Assembly: GCF_009914755.1 (NCBI RefSeq)
Contig: NC_060937.1
DNA from: the human T2T-CHM13v2.0 reference genome, Homo sapiens
DNA: 64,000 nucleotides
Strand: one strand, 5' to 3'
Below the pieces are notes generated by a model. That model was not told the origin of the DNA. It saw nothing but the letters and a program-made list of their open reading frames with translations, and did no database searches. A program made the translations under genes and the position numbers. Every line of letters begins with the position of its first letter. Position 1 is the first letter of the stretch. Positions 1 through 15,530 of this stretch are shown here, one piece after another.

Positions 1-570
1 AGTCTGCGTTGAGATGATGTGCTATGTGAAATATATGCTACAGTTTGAAGAGTTAGTATGAAAAAAAGAATATAAAATATCTTCATTTTTTTTGTTGGTT
101 TTTTTTTTTTTTAAGAGAGAGTCTTGCTGTGTCACCCAGGCTGGAATGCAGTGGCACTGTCATGGCTCAGTGTAGCCTCAACCTCCTGGACTCAAGCAGT
201 CCTCCTACCCCAACCTTCCGAGTAGCTGGTACTGCAGGCATGTGCCACCACGCCCAGCTAATTATTATTATTTTTTTTTCATAGAGATGGGCTCTCACTA
301 TGTTGCCCAGGCTGGTCTCACACTTCTGGCCTCAAGCAATCCTCCTACTTGGCCTCCCAAAGTGCTGGGATTATAGGTGTGAGCCCCCATGCCCGGCCTC
401 TGTTGGTTTCAAGTCAATATGATACTATATTTGATATATCAGGTTAAATAAAATGTATTATTAAACTGCATTTCACCTGATTCTTTTTAGTAATGTAGTT
501 ACTAGGAAGTTTTAAATTATATATGTGACTCACATTTGAGGCTGTCATTATATTTTCATTGGATAGTGAA
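1..570. mobile_element. MER33-like hAT-Charlie DNA transposon remnant, interrupted by an Alu
   Basis: Motifs ggttaaataaaatgtattatt...tttcacctg...tttaaattatatatgtgactcacatt...attggatagtg resemble MER33. Confidence 0.6.
100..398 (-). mobile_element. Alu (AluJ-like)
   Basis: Poly-T followed by reverse Alu dimer ending gcccggcc. Confidence 0.9.
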
Positions 571-1391
571 CAGAGCTGCTCCTATAGCTACTAGGTTGTC
601 TAGTTATTTTCTAATTATTTGTGTGCCAAGATCTTGATGCCTTTGGTCTTTGGAGCAATCTTGGCAGTACCCCGAGCCCCTGGGCCAGTAGCCTCTCTCG
701 CTGCAAGCAGCTCTGTTTACTCCAGTGTGCCCTACAAATACTATTATTTGCTAGGTGTATGGGATGTGGGCATTGAACTTTAGATCATCAAGTGTAGTAC
801 TTTAAACATTTAGAAATTACTTACTGTTATTGCCTATTAAAATAATCTTACTTTTTTGATGGGAGAGTATGGAGTGGCATGGATGATTATTTATATTTTC
901 AGGCTATTTATACTCTGAAAGATACTAAGTACTTTAGAAAAAGTCACATTTTTAACATTTATTAAAATCTTAGTTACAAAAGATTTCTTAGGCATCCTTT
1001 AAAAAAATTTCATTTTTAGAATTGTTCGTACTGTCTCTGCAACTTTTCTGAAAACATAAAAGTTCTGTATACTTTTCATCTAGTTTCTGTTATCAACATG
1101 AAGAATCTGCTTTTAATCTAATTTTGTATAGCATATCAAAAGTTTACACTTTATTGAGTTATTTTGCTCAAAAGAAATCCCCAGATTTTACATTATGGTA
1201 ACTGACTCAGTTTTTAGAAACGTGAATTTTGTTATTGACCTATATACCAGAAAGACACTTATTGCATACCTGAAATTCAGTAACCTAAACTGTTTGCTAA
1301 GATGTTCCATATACATGGTCACAAAGTTTACATATTCTCGACATAATTGAAACATGTTGATTAACTACTTCTGCCTTTTTTTACTTCATAG

Positions 1392-1573
1392 ATGTAAAGA
1401 ACCTATATCCATCATCATCTCCTTATACAAGAAATTGGGATAAATTGGTTGGTGAGATCAAAGAAGAAGAAAAGAATGAAAAGTTGGAGGGAGATGCAGC
1501 TTTAAACAGATTATTTCAGCAGATCTATTCAGATGGTTCTGATGAAGTGAAACGTGCCATGAACAAATCCTTT
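1392..1573 (+). CDS. SUGT1: SUGT1 penultimate coding exon (SGS domain): (D)[60 protein letters not shown]
   Basis: Pyrimidine tract plus catAG acceptor ending at 1391, GTaagg donor at 1574. The 182 nt exon ends in phase 0. Translation shows the SGT1 motifs NWDKL and AMNKSF. Confidence 0.97.
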
Positions 1574-2265
1574 GTAAGGATATAAACTTAAAGAAATATA
1601 TATGGGAGCAAATTTTACATATTTTAAACGAGAAAATTGGTAATGTGAGACCAAATTGCGTGTACTATAGCTGGGAGAACTTTTTGAATAAGGTCTGTCT
1701 GAACGTTTCTTTTTGCTCTAAGAGTAATTTTTGAGGAAGTTGAAAACTTATGGAAGAGATGAGAAACAAGTGGTTTATCCTAAATAGGTATTTTTTATCA
1801 GTGAGTTAGATTGATATGGAGTCATCTCACTTGGATTTATCCCAGTAGCTGAGTGAACTTCTGTTGTTTCCCTTCTAGACTCATATGTAGCCTCAGTGTT
1901 AGAGATGAAGAATATAGATACGAAACTTTTCAGAATAGTGTTTGCAAGTAGAAGGTGCACGTTATTCATTGGTTTAACAACTCTCTTGATTAAGAAAATT
2001 CAGGCTTTTTGTCAGGGCAGCATAAATACCTAAATTAGACCTCAAAATTTTAGTAATAATTCGTCATTGTATATTTAGCTTGCAGTTGTAATCATGTGAC
2101 TTTTATTAATACCAGTAGCTCTGGAAATATGACTCTTTTAAGACATATTTACAGTAGAAAGTTAAAATTAGTATTTTAATTTAATATTTAGTTAATGTGG
2201 TTGAGGCTTAGGTATTTCACACTTAAGAAATCTGTGGTAATTGGTCATGATTGTGCTTTTCACAG

Positions 2266-2555
<290 letters not shown>

Positions 2556-2581
2556 TCACTATTGATTAAAAAATTTTTTTT

Positions 2582-2848
2582 CATCACTTTTGGGAGACTG
2601 AGGTGGGAGGATCGCTTGAGCTAAAGATCTTGAGATCAGCCTGGGCAACATAGAGAGACCCTATCTCTACAAAAAAAAAAAAAAAATTAGCTAGGCCTGG
2701 TGGCATGTGTCTGTGGTCTCAGCTACTTGGGAAGGTGAGGTGGGAGGATCTCTTGAGCCTGGGTGGTCAAGGTTGCAGTGAGCTGTTTTTTTGTGCCACT
2801 GAACTACAGCCTGGGCAACAGAGACCCTGTCTCAAAAAAAAAAAAAAA
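2582..2848 (+). mobile_element. Alu (AluJ-like), 5'-clipped
   Basis: cactttgggag...ggttgcagtgagc...A tail. Confidence 0.9.
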
Positions 2849-3009
2849 GTCTTCATTAAACTTTTAGTTTTGAGATAATTGTAGATTGACATGCAATCCT
2901 AAGAAATGAGATTCTTTGTACCTTTTACAAAGTTTCCATTGATGGAAACATTTTGTCAAAACTATGCTACAACATCACAACCATGATACTGACAGTTAAG
3001 ATAGGGAAC

Positions 3010-3270
3010 CTTTAATCCCAGTGCTTTGGGAGTCTGAGGCCACAGGATCCCTTGAGGCTAGACCAGCCTGGACAATATGGTAAGTTCTGGTCTCTACAAG
3101 AAATTTAAAAGCTACCTTGGCATGATGTTGTGCCCCTGTCAGCTCAGGCGTCTGCGGCAAGAGTATTGTTTGAGCCCAGGAGTTCAAGGTTGCAGTGAGC
3201 TATGATCGTGCCACTACACTTAGCTTGGGCAGCAAAGTGAGACCCTATCTCTTTAAAAAAAAAAAAAAAG
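3010..3270 (+). mobile_element. Alu (AluJ-like)
   Basis: Alu dimer with A tail followed by (AG)n. Confidence 0.85.
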
Positions 3271-3627
3271 AGAGAGAGAGAGATAGAACATTTTCATGGA
3301 TTCCAAGGATCCCTTATGTTGCTATCTTATGGCCATACTCACTAACCCCACCCCCACCCTTCCATGATCCCTGATGATCACAAATCTGGCAATCTTTGTC
3401 AGATATGTAGTTTACACATATTTTCTCCCAGTATGTAGTTTTCATTTTCTTAATAGGGTCTTTCATAGAGCCAAAATATTTCATTTTGATTAAGTCTAAT
3501 TTACCGCTTTTTATGGATCATGCTTTTAGTTTCAGGTCTTATTAACTCTTTGCCTAGTCCTAGATCTCAAAGACTCTCTCCTATTTAAAAAATAAATAAA
3601 AGTAATATTGTTTTACATATTACATTT

Positions 3628-3922
3628 ATTTTTTATTTAGAGACAGGGTCTCATTCTGTCACCCAGGCTGAAGTACAGTGGCACAGTCACAGTTCACTGT
3701 AACCTCAAAGTCCTGGGCTCAAGTGATCCTTATGCCTCAGCCTCCCAAGTAGATGGGACTACACATCCATGCTGCCATGCCTGGCTAATTTTTAAAATTT
3801 TTTGTAGAGGTGGGGTGTCTCCGTATTGCTTAGGGTGGTCTCGAACTTCTGACCTCAAGCAGTCCTTCGGCCTTGGCTTCCTGAAGTGCTAGAGTTACAG
3901 GCGTGAGCCACAGCACCTGGCC
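3628..3922 (-). mobile_element. Alu (AluJ-like)
   Basis: Reverse Alu with tacatattacattta TSD on both sides. Confidence 0.9.
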
Positions 3923-5296
3923 TACATATTACATTTAAGTCTGTGATGCATTTTGAATTTTTATGTCAAGTGTGAGATTTAACTTGAGGTTCCTTTTTGT
4001 GGGGTGGATAGTATGTTCGGGTGTTCTGGCACCTATCTTTTCTCATTGAATTGCTTTTGCACCTTTCTTAAAAATCAGTTGAGCATATTTGTGTGAGTCT
4101 ATTTCTAAGTTCCCCATTGTGTTAGATTGAGCTGTATGTGATCTATATGTATGTTCCTCTGTCAGTCCCACTGTCTTAAGCTGTAGCTGTTTAAGTCTGA
4201 AATTGGGCAGACTCATTCCTCCTACTTTATCCTTTATTTTCACAATTGTTTTTAGATATTCTAACTCATTTGTCTTTCCATGTAAATTTTAGAATAAAGT
4301 GATTATATATAATTTTGGTGTTCATTACTAGAATCTAGACATACAGTTAATTTTATGTTTATCTTGTATTCTGTGACATTGCTGGACTCAGTTCTAGGAG
4401 TATTTTTGGATAGATTGTCATTTTTTTAATGTGGACAATCATCTTCAAATATGGAGGTTTTATTTATCTGCAGATACGGAGAGTTTTATTTCTCCCTTTT
4501 CTATCTGTATGCCTTTTATCTCCTTTTCTTGCTATATTTCACTGGCTGCAACTTCCGCACTGTGTTGAATAAGAGTAGTGAGAGTGGACATCCTTGCCTT
4601 GTTTCCCATTTTAAGGGAAAAGTATCTGTTGTTTCATCATTAAGTATAATGTTAACTGTAAATTTTTGGTAGATGATCTTTGTCAAGTTATGAAAGTTCT
4701 GTTGTATTCCTATTTTTCTGAAATTTTTTTATCATTAACTTTCAATATTAACTTTTTGTCAGATGTTTTGTCTGTGTTGATTGACAGGATTATATGATTT
4801 TTCTTCCTTAGCCTGTTAATATGGTGATTTTATATGATTAATATGATTGATTTTCAAGTATTGAGACAGTCTTGCATGAGCCCTACTTTGTCATATAGTG
4901 TATCTCTTAATTCTATCTTCTAATGTTTTGTTATGGGTTATTGTGTCTATATTCATGAGGAATATGAGTCTAATTTTCTTTTTGTGCTATCTTTGGTTTG
5001 GCATCAGAGTAATACTTCATAAAATGAATTAGGAAGCATTGCATCCTCTTCTGTTTTTTAGAAGATATTGTGTATAATTGGTGTTAACTTTTCTTAAGTA
5101 TTTGGTAGAACTCACCAGTGAAACGGTCTGGGCCTGGAGATTTCTTTATTAGGAGATTTACAGTTATGAATTTAGTTAACCTAAAAGTTTTTATAGGACT
5201 GTTCCAATTATCTATTTCATATGGGTGACTTGTGGTTTGTTTCTGATAAATTTATCCATTTTGTCCAAGTTGTCAGTGTTTGTATAGTCCCTTATT

Positions 5297-5622
<326 letters not shown>

Positions 5623-5972
5623 TCCCTACTCTTTTGATGTCTGCAGGGTTTATAGTGATATCTTTTTATCATTCTTATAATAGTAATTTGTGTCTTTTCT
5701 CTTTTTTCTTTGTCAGCCTTGCTAGAGGTTTAAAGGACACCTTATCTAGCATATGCTTACCCATTAGCTAGATTTGCTTATGTTATTGAATTTTTTCTTC
5801 CAAAGAATTAGCTCTTTGTTTCGTTTTTTCCTCTATTTTTTTTTCTACATTTTTTTATTCATTTCTATTTTTATTTTCTTCCTTCTGCTTGCTTTAAGGT
5901 GCATTTTGTTCTTACTTTTCTAGGTTCTTAAGATGTACATTTGTCTATTATCTATTTCTATCTATTCACTCA

Positions 5973-6255
<283 letters not shown>

Positions 6256-6488
6256 TGAAAGTTTTCTGTTTTCCTAGGCAGCGTCCTTCCCTGATCTCTT
6301 GGCAAGAGAGAGCAGGGGTTTGTTGGGACTTTTTTTTTTTTCCTTGTTTGTGCCCCTTGGTGTTTCCAGCTTCTTCAGCTCCAAGTCTAGGATATATGAG
6401 GCAAAAAGAAAACCCAGAATTTGCCACCACGTCATTTCTTGAGTCCCAAGGTCCCTGGTAGGTCTATCTTCACTTTACCTTTTGGTGT

Positions 6489-6652
6489 CTTTTTTTTTTT
6501 TTCTAGTCAGGGTCTTGCTCTATTGTTCCAGCTGGAATACAGAGGTGCGATCATGAATCATTGCAGCCTTGAACTCCTGAGCTGAAGTGATCCTCCCACC
6601 TGAGCCTCCTAAGTAGCTGGCACTATAGGTGTGCACCACCACACCTGGCTAT

Positions 6653-6684
<32 letters not shown>

Positions 6685-6810
6685 TTTTTTTTGTAGAGAT
6701 AAGGTCTCCTATGTTGCCCAGGCTGTTCTTGAACTCTTGGACTTAAGCAGTCCTCCTGCCTTGTCCTCCCAAAGTACTGGGATTCTAGGTGTGAGCCACT
6801 GCACCTGGCC
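6489..6810 (-). mobile_element. Alu (AluJ-like) with (TTC)n in the linker
   Basis: Reverse Alu dimer. Confidence 0.9.
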
Positions 6811-7323
6811 CCTTTTAGAGTCTTTTTACCTCTGTTTCATATGTAGCATCTAGGGTGTTTAGATTTACTACTGGGAAGAATAGGAAAAGTACATCTACTT
6901 GATCTTCCCAGGAGAAGTCATTCTCACTTTCTACTTTTAAAAGTGTGGTAGACAAAATTAGCAGTATGTCAGATCAAAGATGTCAAGTCAAGTCAAATCA
7001 AAGATCAAAGATAGAATCTGAACTCATTTTCATATAGTAACTTTGACAATTATAACCAAATTGTGTATACCCATAAAATAAGCCATCTGTGCAGCAACAT
7101 TGATCTGGAATATACGAGGGGCTTCTGTCCTTGTGAGAATATGAAAGAAACTAGACTTTGTTCTCTATAATCTCCTTATCTAATTGGGACAAAAGACCAA
7201 GATATACAAAATAATCAAAGGGAAATGCTAAATTGCCCTGCAGTCTATTAGGAGAGATGCGGGGGTGGGGCGATAAGTGTCATCAGCAAATATGGTCAGA
7301 TTGTAAACCAAATCCACAACTGA

Positions 7324-7725
<402 letters not shown>

Positions 7726-8204
7726 TAGAACTACGATATGAATATTAGTAAAATGTACTCCTTGCCCTTAATGAGCTGTCAGCATTAGTTGAAGTCAAGG
7801 GTGGAAAGCAGATCTAAGAAGATAGAACCTTAAATTGCAACAATGCACTGTGACACATGTTATGTAAATGGTAATTAGGCTCACACAGAAGACAAATTTA
7901 CAGGAATAGAGAAATAAGAGGTCAGAGAAAGCCACATAGAGGTGGTGACATTTCATGTTTGGAAGATGACTAAGGACACAAAAATCTCTGCCATGCAAAA
8001 AAGCCCATGTAAGGGAGCTCGGTAGAGCGTGTCGGACATGGGGTTACATTGAGGTTCCAATGTGTAGGATATGTAACTGTATACATTGGCCACTAACACA
8101 GTTGTTTATTTTTAAATGTTTATATTGTAATAATTCGCTCTATTCTTTGATGTGGTTCAAATCCATTGATTTTTATCATGTTAAAATAAGAAATATCCAG
8201 ATGG

Positions 8205-8576
<372 letters not shown>

Positions 8577-9152
8577 TCAGTAGATGGTAAATAAATGACC
8601 AATTCTTCAGTGAGACACTGACTTTCTATACCTGCATTTATGTACCTTGATTTTTAAAAATTTTTGGATAAACTTGCATGTGTTTGGCACAAAGAGAGCA
8701 CAAAGTAGAGGCCCTTCAAGTTCTCTTCAGCTGGTACAAGAAGAGATTATTTTGACTGGTCTTTACGGTCTTCAGCAAAAGAGATTATAATAATCATTTT
8801 TTTTTGGGAGCTAATAATATTTTCAATTGAAGGTAGTTTTTCCACATGCACATCTATGCTCATTAGCAAAGGATGTAGTGCACCTCCCTGACTACTTTAG
8901 GATTTCCTTTTCAGATTTTATGGAACTTGTTAACCTCTGGAATGCCTAAGTTTAAATAAAAATATTGTTTTGAGTTTATATTGAGCTATATATTTTATCT
9001 GTATAATCTATTATATATGTATTGCATAGAGTTTATATTGAGCTGTATATAATAGCCAATATTTGGGGCTCTATGCTTGGAACATTTTAAGAAAAATATT
9101 CTATTTTGATTATATGGTCCAGGAATTAATCTATTTTTATTTTTCATTGCAG

Positions 9153-9254
9153 ATGGAGTCGGGTGGTACAGTTTTGAGTACCAACTGGTCTGATGTAGGT
9201 AAAAGGAAAGTTGAAATCAATCCTCCTGATGATATGGAATGGAAAAAGTACTAA
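9153..9254 (+). CDS. SUGT1: SUGT1 last coding exon: [33 protein letters not shown]
   Basis: ttttcattgcAG acceptor ending at 9152, in frame with the previous exon (KSF|[12 protein letters not shown], the conserved SGS motif). TAA at 9252-9254. Confidence 0.97.
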   Translation: MESGGTVLSTNWSDVGKRKVEINPPDDMEWKKY

Positions 9255-9479
9255 ATAAATTAATTTGCTCTCATCGTATTGTGTATATTCACCTAATGCC
9301 CATTGTGTATTGATATTGCATTCTTGAATTTTGAACACTGAATATCTTTTTGAAAGATTATACTTCTTTACCTCTTTGTGCTTTAGAAATTATTTTCCTT
9401 CAAGTGTTCAAGTCTAATGAAGAATGAAGATAACATTTTATCACTTCTGTCCTTAAAGATTTCAGACATGGTGAAACTG

Positions 9480-9485
9480 AATAAA
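9480..9485 (+). terminator. Candidate proximal SUGT1 poly(A) signal AATAAA
   Basis: AATAAA ~225 nt after the stop. Other candidates: AATAAA 9254-9259, and AATACA 9694-9699 followed by a GT/T-rich tract. Confidence 0.5.
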
Positions 9486-11106
9486 GCATGTCATTTGCTC
9501 CTAGATAGATTCATTCTATCTAGTTGTGGGGATGGAGAAATCTTTAATGGTATATTTTCGGTTATTGCCTTATTTTTGATACAGTATTCTGTCAGTAATT
9601 TATTAGACCTGGCAGCTTTGGGTGAGCTTAGATTTTTCACCTTCAGTGTTACATTGTGTTTGCTTTTAAAAACTGCTTTTGAATGGAGTTGTAAATACAA
9701 TTTTTCTATGAAGATGTTTGGTTTATTTACCTTTTTCTTAAGTTTTTAATGAGAACTTTGAGAAATTATCACAGGGAATTCCCATGTAGTTCTTTTAATG
9801 GGAAGAATTTGTAAATTTAATTGCACTGAGATATTTTGGTCGTTACCTTGCAAGTTTCTGTATAAAACATAGATACCTGAGTTTTAACACACTGCAAGTT
9901 TATACTAAGGATAATCTGTGAAGGTAGGGCAAAGAAGGTTCTAGGAAAGCCCAACTCCACTTGCTTCTTTTATCACGACAGGATTCTTGAAATTACAGCA
10001 TTGGTGGGTTTTTTGGTATTTTTTTTCTTTATTAGAAAATCTCTGTTGTCACGTCCCCATGATTACTTTGGTTTCATTGGTTTATGGTAACTGCTGTGAG
10101 AGTAAATTAATGTGTATATGTTTAGTATTTACTCTGTGCCTAGAATATATAGATATCATGAGAATACAAAAAATTAAAGACATGATTATTAACTTCAAAG
10201 AGCTTATAAATGTAGCAGGGAAAAAAAATAACATTCATGAAGGAACTGTGGAAAGATTGAATGCTGAACTCGGTATAAATACACTTTAGAGACAGGAAAA
10301 TGTTCTGTGATTAAAATTGTTTACAGTCTAGGCTGTTATAAAGTATAGACTATGGATGACCTGTAGATCTGACTTTGTTTTCTCACCATGATTTTCTCAA
10401 CTGTAATACCCCAGATGTTGGTCTCAGCTCTGTTAGGTGTCACTAACATTTTTATGGCAAAGCACTACTCTATACCCTCAGAGCAGGGGGAGTGGGAGGC
10501 AAACGGGTCATCATTTCAGCCTCCAAAACAGTAGGAATTCAGCTCCTTCTTTCTCGTCCTTTGTTGTGGGGTGTAGGGGAGTTACTAAGGAAAGTTTCAG
10601 TAAGGTGATACCAGATGGTGCCCAAACCTGTTGTTATAGCTTGTTTAAGCATTCTAGAGTTTTCACTTGTCCTTCTGTCCACTTAGAGCTACTAGATACA
10701 TTTTTTTCTTCTTGAACACTGAAGGAAAAGGCAAAATTAAGTTTTGGTTGGATGGATTTCTAAAGTTTTCTTCTTAGGAAAATAGGATAGTGACTTTTGT
10801 ATTCTGTATGTTAAATTTTCTCAGTACCATTAATCCTAAGATGAAGAGGAAGGCTATTGCTGCAGAGGCATAGTTGAGGACGTATAGCACTATACCAGAG
10901 ACAAGAATGCTTAGCTCTAGCAAGTCTTCTGTCATTGACTACCTTCATAATCTTCAGCAGGTTTAGGCCTTTCTTAGTTCCTTTGTAAATAATCCATAGA
11001 GTCTTAGAGTTATAATTAAAGGTCCATGGTTCTAAATACAGAAGCATATTTTTGCCGCTTAACTTTTTCTTTCTTAAAGATGACACTATTAAAATAGCTG
11101 TTTCTG

Positions 11107-11390
11107 ACCAGGTGCAGTAGCTCATGCTTGTAATCCCAGCATTTTGGGAGGCGGAGGTGGGCAGATCACCTGAGGTCAGGAGTTCAAGACCAGCCTGGCC
11201 AACATGGTGAAACCCTGTGTCTACTAAAAATGCAAAAATTAGCTGGGTGTAGTGGCATGCACCTGTAGTCCCAGCTACTTGGGAGGCTCAGGCAGGGAGA
11301 ATTGCTTGAACCGGGAGGCAGGGGGTGCAGTGAGCCAAGATCATGCCACTGCACTCCAGCCTGGGCGACTCCATCTCAAAAAAAAATAAA
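11107..11390 (+). mobile_element. Alu (AluS-like)
   Basis: Forward Alu dimer with A tail. Confidence 0.9.
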
Positions 11391-12304
11391 CAGCTGTTTA
11401 AAAAAAAAAAATCTGGTACTATCTTTAGTTGGTTTTAAAGGATATATTATCTAGAATATGCTTACCCATTGGCTAGATTTGCTAAGTGTTGTGGGATTTG
11501 GGATTTTGCTGGTCTGAAGGGAGTTTGTAAAACACATGACTGAAAGCATTATAAAACATACCTTGTCAAATACATTAGATTCATTATAGGTCAAGGGAAT
11601 TTTGAAAAGTAGGCTAGATTGCTGCCTAAGAATCCCACTCTAAAGTACTGCTTTGTTTAATCATTCTAGATAATGGAAGCTTGTAAGCCTCCAGAAAGTT
11701 AAAACAAAAAACTTCTTTCTGATTAAGAGCCTCTTAACTCTGTCCTTATCCTCTGCTATCTCAATGTAGCTATTAATTGTTCCCTCTTTGTTTCTAGACT
11801 CCAATTTTCATTTCTCAAATTTTGGTTCTCTTAGTGCTGTTAGTATTAGTAGCCTTTTGTTTCTTCAGAATGTATGTATTTTTCCTCTTAAATGTTTCCT
11901 TTCCCTTTTAAGGTTAGTCCTGGAATACATGTTTTTCTTGGTCTTGTAGACTTCATCTCTTCTGATTTCCATAATAATTTGCACCTTGATGAATCCAGAA
12001 TTCTCCCACTGTCTTCAAAGAATCTTGAATAGAATAATCTGCTTTTTGAACTCTGCTATCTAGTAATCTCTTTAGATATCTATACCACAAGTTTGAAACA
12101 TCAAGGTCAATTTTGATAATTTCCTGTCTTATGTCTTAATACCCATTCAGAGTTGACTGCCAACTAACAAGCTCAGCCTTTAGCACTGGCACTTACTGGC
12201 CAATCTGTTTTCTGTCTATAGGGAGTGAAATGGAATGGAGAAAGAGGATGGCTTGCATTAATAACTCTAGTTTTTAAAAACATTTTTATTCCTTTTTTAA
12301 AAAT

Positions 12305-12703
12305 TTGTTTAGAGACACGGTCTTCTTCTATCACCTAGGCTGGAGTGCAGTGGTGCGATCATGGCTCACTGTAGCCTCCAACTCCTAGGCTCAAGTAATC
12401 CTCTTTCCTTGGCTTCCCAAAGTGCTGGGATTACAGGTGTGAGTCACTGTGCCTGGCCCACATTTTCATTCTTGGCTCACTGTAGCCTTAATCTTTCAGG
12501 CTCAAATGATTCTCCCATCTCAGCCTCCCAAGTAGCTGGGACCACAGGCATGCATCACCACGACTGGCTAATTTTTGTATTTTTTTTGTAGAACCGGGTT
12601 TCACCATGTGCCCAGGCTGGTCTTGAACTTCTGGGCTCAAGTTATCTACCTGCCTCAGCCTACCCAAAGTGCTGGGATTACAGGAGTGAGCCACCATGCC
12701 CAG
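12305..12703 (-). mobile_element. Two adjacent Alu pieces: a monomer-length arm hybrid (12305-12458) and a 3'-truncated Alu (12470-12703)
   Basis: Reverse Alu motifs occur twice, each ending in an Alu 5' end. Confidence 0.8.
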
Positions 12704-13831
12704 TCATGAACTTCAAGTAAATATTTAAAATGGAGATACATCACAATGCTATTATGAATAATTTAGATAGAAATTTTAATTTAGTTCAGTACTTAAATAT
12801 TTTTTGGCTCTTCTTTCCCACTTTACCTTTCTCTATTCCTTCCTCAGTTATCTACATATCAGATTAGATTATTGATATCTGAGATATATCACTGACCCAG
12901 AGCAAAATTGCATATTAGTTTACCATCTAATCAGCCTAATGCACTTAAATTCCCTTGGAATCTTTCCTGTTCAGATTGGTGTGCATCTCTCTGAACTTGT
13001 AGCTTTACTGACATTTCCAAAAAAAGGTAGACGGTTTCTAGGTGGTGTGTGTTTTTGTTAGTTACTAGAGCCACTTACCCTTTGTAACTAGCTCTAAAGA
13101 AGTACATCTTTTGCTCATACCTGCTACTGTAACCATATGACAGTGTGGATTTAAGTTATTTCTGCCTAGAGGAATTAGATGATAAAAGCTAAAAGGACAA
13201 AATACTGGTTTCTGTGCAGGGAAGGGTCATATGTAGTTTTAAATAAAAGGGTTCATCTCTTTTGATGTGGTTTCCCTTTCTCCATCTGTGCATTTTTTAA
13301 ATCGTAAGATCATTTTACACACACCAAGAGATTTTATTTTGGGAACTTGTGGGGAAAATATTGATTTACCTACAAATGTTACTATTTGGAGCCATCCTTG
13401 TGATTGGTTTCTGAGATTAATTTAACTCTTAGCCTCACTTCCTACCTTAGTAAAGTTGCTCCTCCAAATCAGCTAAAATCATATACAATGAATGCTAACT
13501 CATTACTGCAAATAGTGGTAGTTACTGTGTACTAGCATTTCTTATGGATTGGGTGGCATTATCTCATTTTTCATCGCCCTTCAGTAGCATCCCATTATTG
13601 CAAATCAGAAAGATGATGGGGCCAAAGTAAAGTTCTTTGCCCAGGTCACTCTACTAGTAAGTAATTGCAATAGCTGGGATTTGAACCCAGGCCTATCAGA
13701 CTCCATTACCCATACTTCTGACAACTGCAATCCTCTCATCAGGTTAATAAGCTAGATGTGGAATGAATGATTTTTATTACCAAATCAGCTGACTGGAAAT
13801 GAAGCAGAGAATATTCAAGTTAAAGAACTAA

Positions 13832-14128
<297 letters not shown>

Positions 14129-14889
14129 AAGAACTAATTCTTATATAGGAGCTGGGAAGATAAATTCCTAGAGATCCTCACTTTCTTAAGTAGGAAAGCT
14201 TATTAGGAATCCAAATCTTTTGCCTCATACTGGAAGTAATGCAAAGAAGTAGTCTGATTTTTGAGAGGGTGCTGTTTTTCTCAAATCTAGATCATTACAG
14301 AGAAACAGTGTACTTTTAACAACTGTTGCATGTGTAAGAAGACTGGTACATGATGCCAATGAAATTCTTTTTTTCCTTTAACTTGGGAGCTCTCATACCA
14401 GTTCCGTTGTACAAATGCTGAGATTGTTTCAAGGTTTTATTCCTACAGACATGTTAGGATTTGTGTATCACTGATTTCTCCAATAAAATTCGAATATTTC
14501 AGGTTATTTCCTTTTTCCTAACTTATGTTAGCATTTTGTATATATATATATATATTTGAATTTTGGCTTGTCTGGAGTCTTAAATATTTGGTATGCCTTC
14601 ACATTTGGATTTTTAGTTTTATTTTTACATTGAGACTTCTACCTATATCATTGACTTTATTTTTTCCTATGATTAAAGGATTCAGTTATACAAAAAGATG
14701 TTTCAGAAACACTGCTATTTACCTAAAGGTAATTTTCAGTTTCTTTAGAAGGAGTTAGGAAAATGGTCCTTAATACCTATATAGGGTTTTTTAAAAAACT
14801 GTACCCTATAATGCAGCCACAGAAGATCTAAATAATAAACAATTGCGCATACTATTAATATATATTTAGAGCTTTTGTTAAGTACATGA

Positions 14890-15090
14890 AAAGACAGTAT
14901 TGCATAGTGGTTAAATGCATGGACTCTGAAGCCATCCTGTTTGGGATCATCCTGGCTACATTGCTTACTAGCTGTGTGACAATGGATATAGGTGCTTAAT
15001 GTCTCTGTGCCTCAGTTTTTGTGTCTATGTAAAGGAGATAATAGGATCCCCCTCATGCCTCATGGTCTTAGTTGAATGAATTCATGTAAC
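14890..15090 (+). mobile_element. MIR
   Basis: agtggttaa...cttactagctgtgtgac...ctctgtgcctcagttt MIR core. Confidence 0.7.
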
Positions 15091-15291
15091 TCCACAGTTA
15101 TCTTAATCCAGAAGGCTCAAAATACTAATGTTTTGTGTGTGTGTGTGTGTGTGCATGTGCATCTGTATGACAAGTGATATAAAACGTGACCTGAATTTAT
15201 AATATGAATAGTCACATTTTGCAGCAGAAATATTAAATGTTTAATTATAGAATGCTAGCACTGATCCTGCTGAAATTGTTACAAAATACAG

Positions 15292-15530
15292 CAGTTGCCC
15301 CTTAACTGTGGCAGATACATTCCAAGACCCCCAGTACTGAATGCTGTATGTACATTTTTTATACATGTATACTTATGATAAAGTTTATAAATTAGGCACA
15401 GTAAGATATTAATAATAGAATATACAATATACCGCAATAAAACTTATGTGAACAGTTATTTTTGGACAGCAGTTGACTGTGGGTCACTGAAATTGTGGAA
15501 AGCAAAACCATGGATAAAGGGGAACTATTA
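15292..15530. mobile_element. Tigger-derived MITE (MER44-like)
   Basis: Terminal inverted repeat-like ends cagttgcccctta / taaaggggaacta, with internal ttccaagacccccag and taaattaggcacagtaaga. Confidence 0.6.

Noticed and set aside
14780-14810. Palindromic tatagggttttttaaaaaactgtaccctata
   Set aside because: Mostly homopolymer-based low complexity, with no supporting context.
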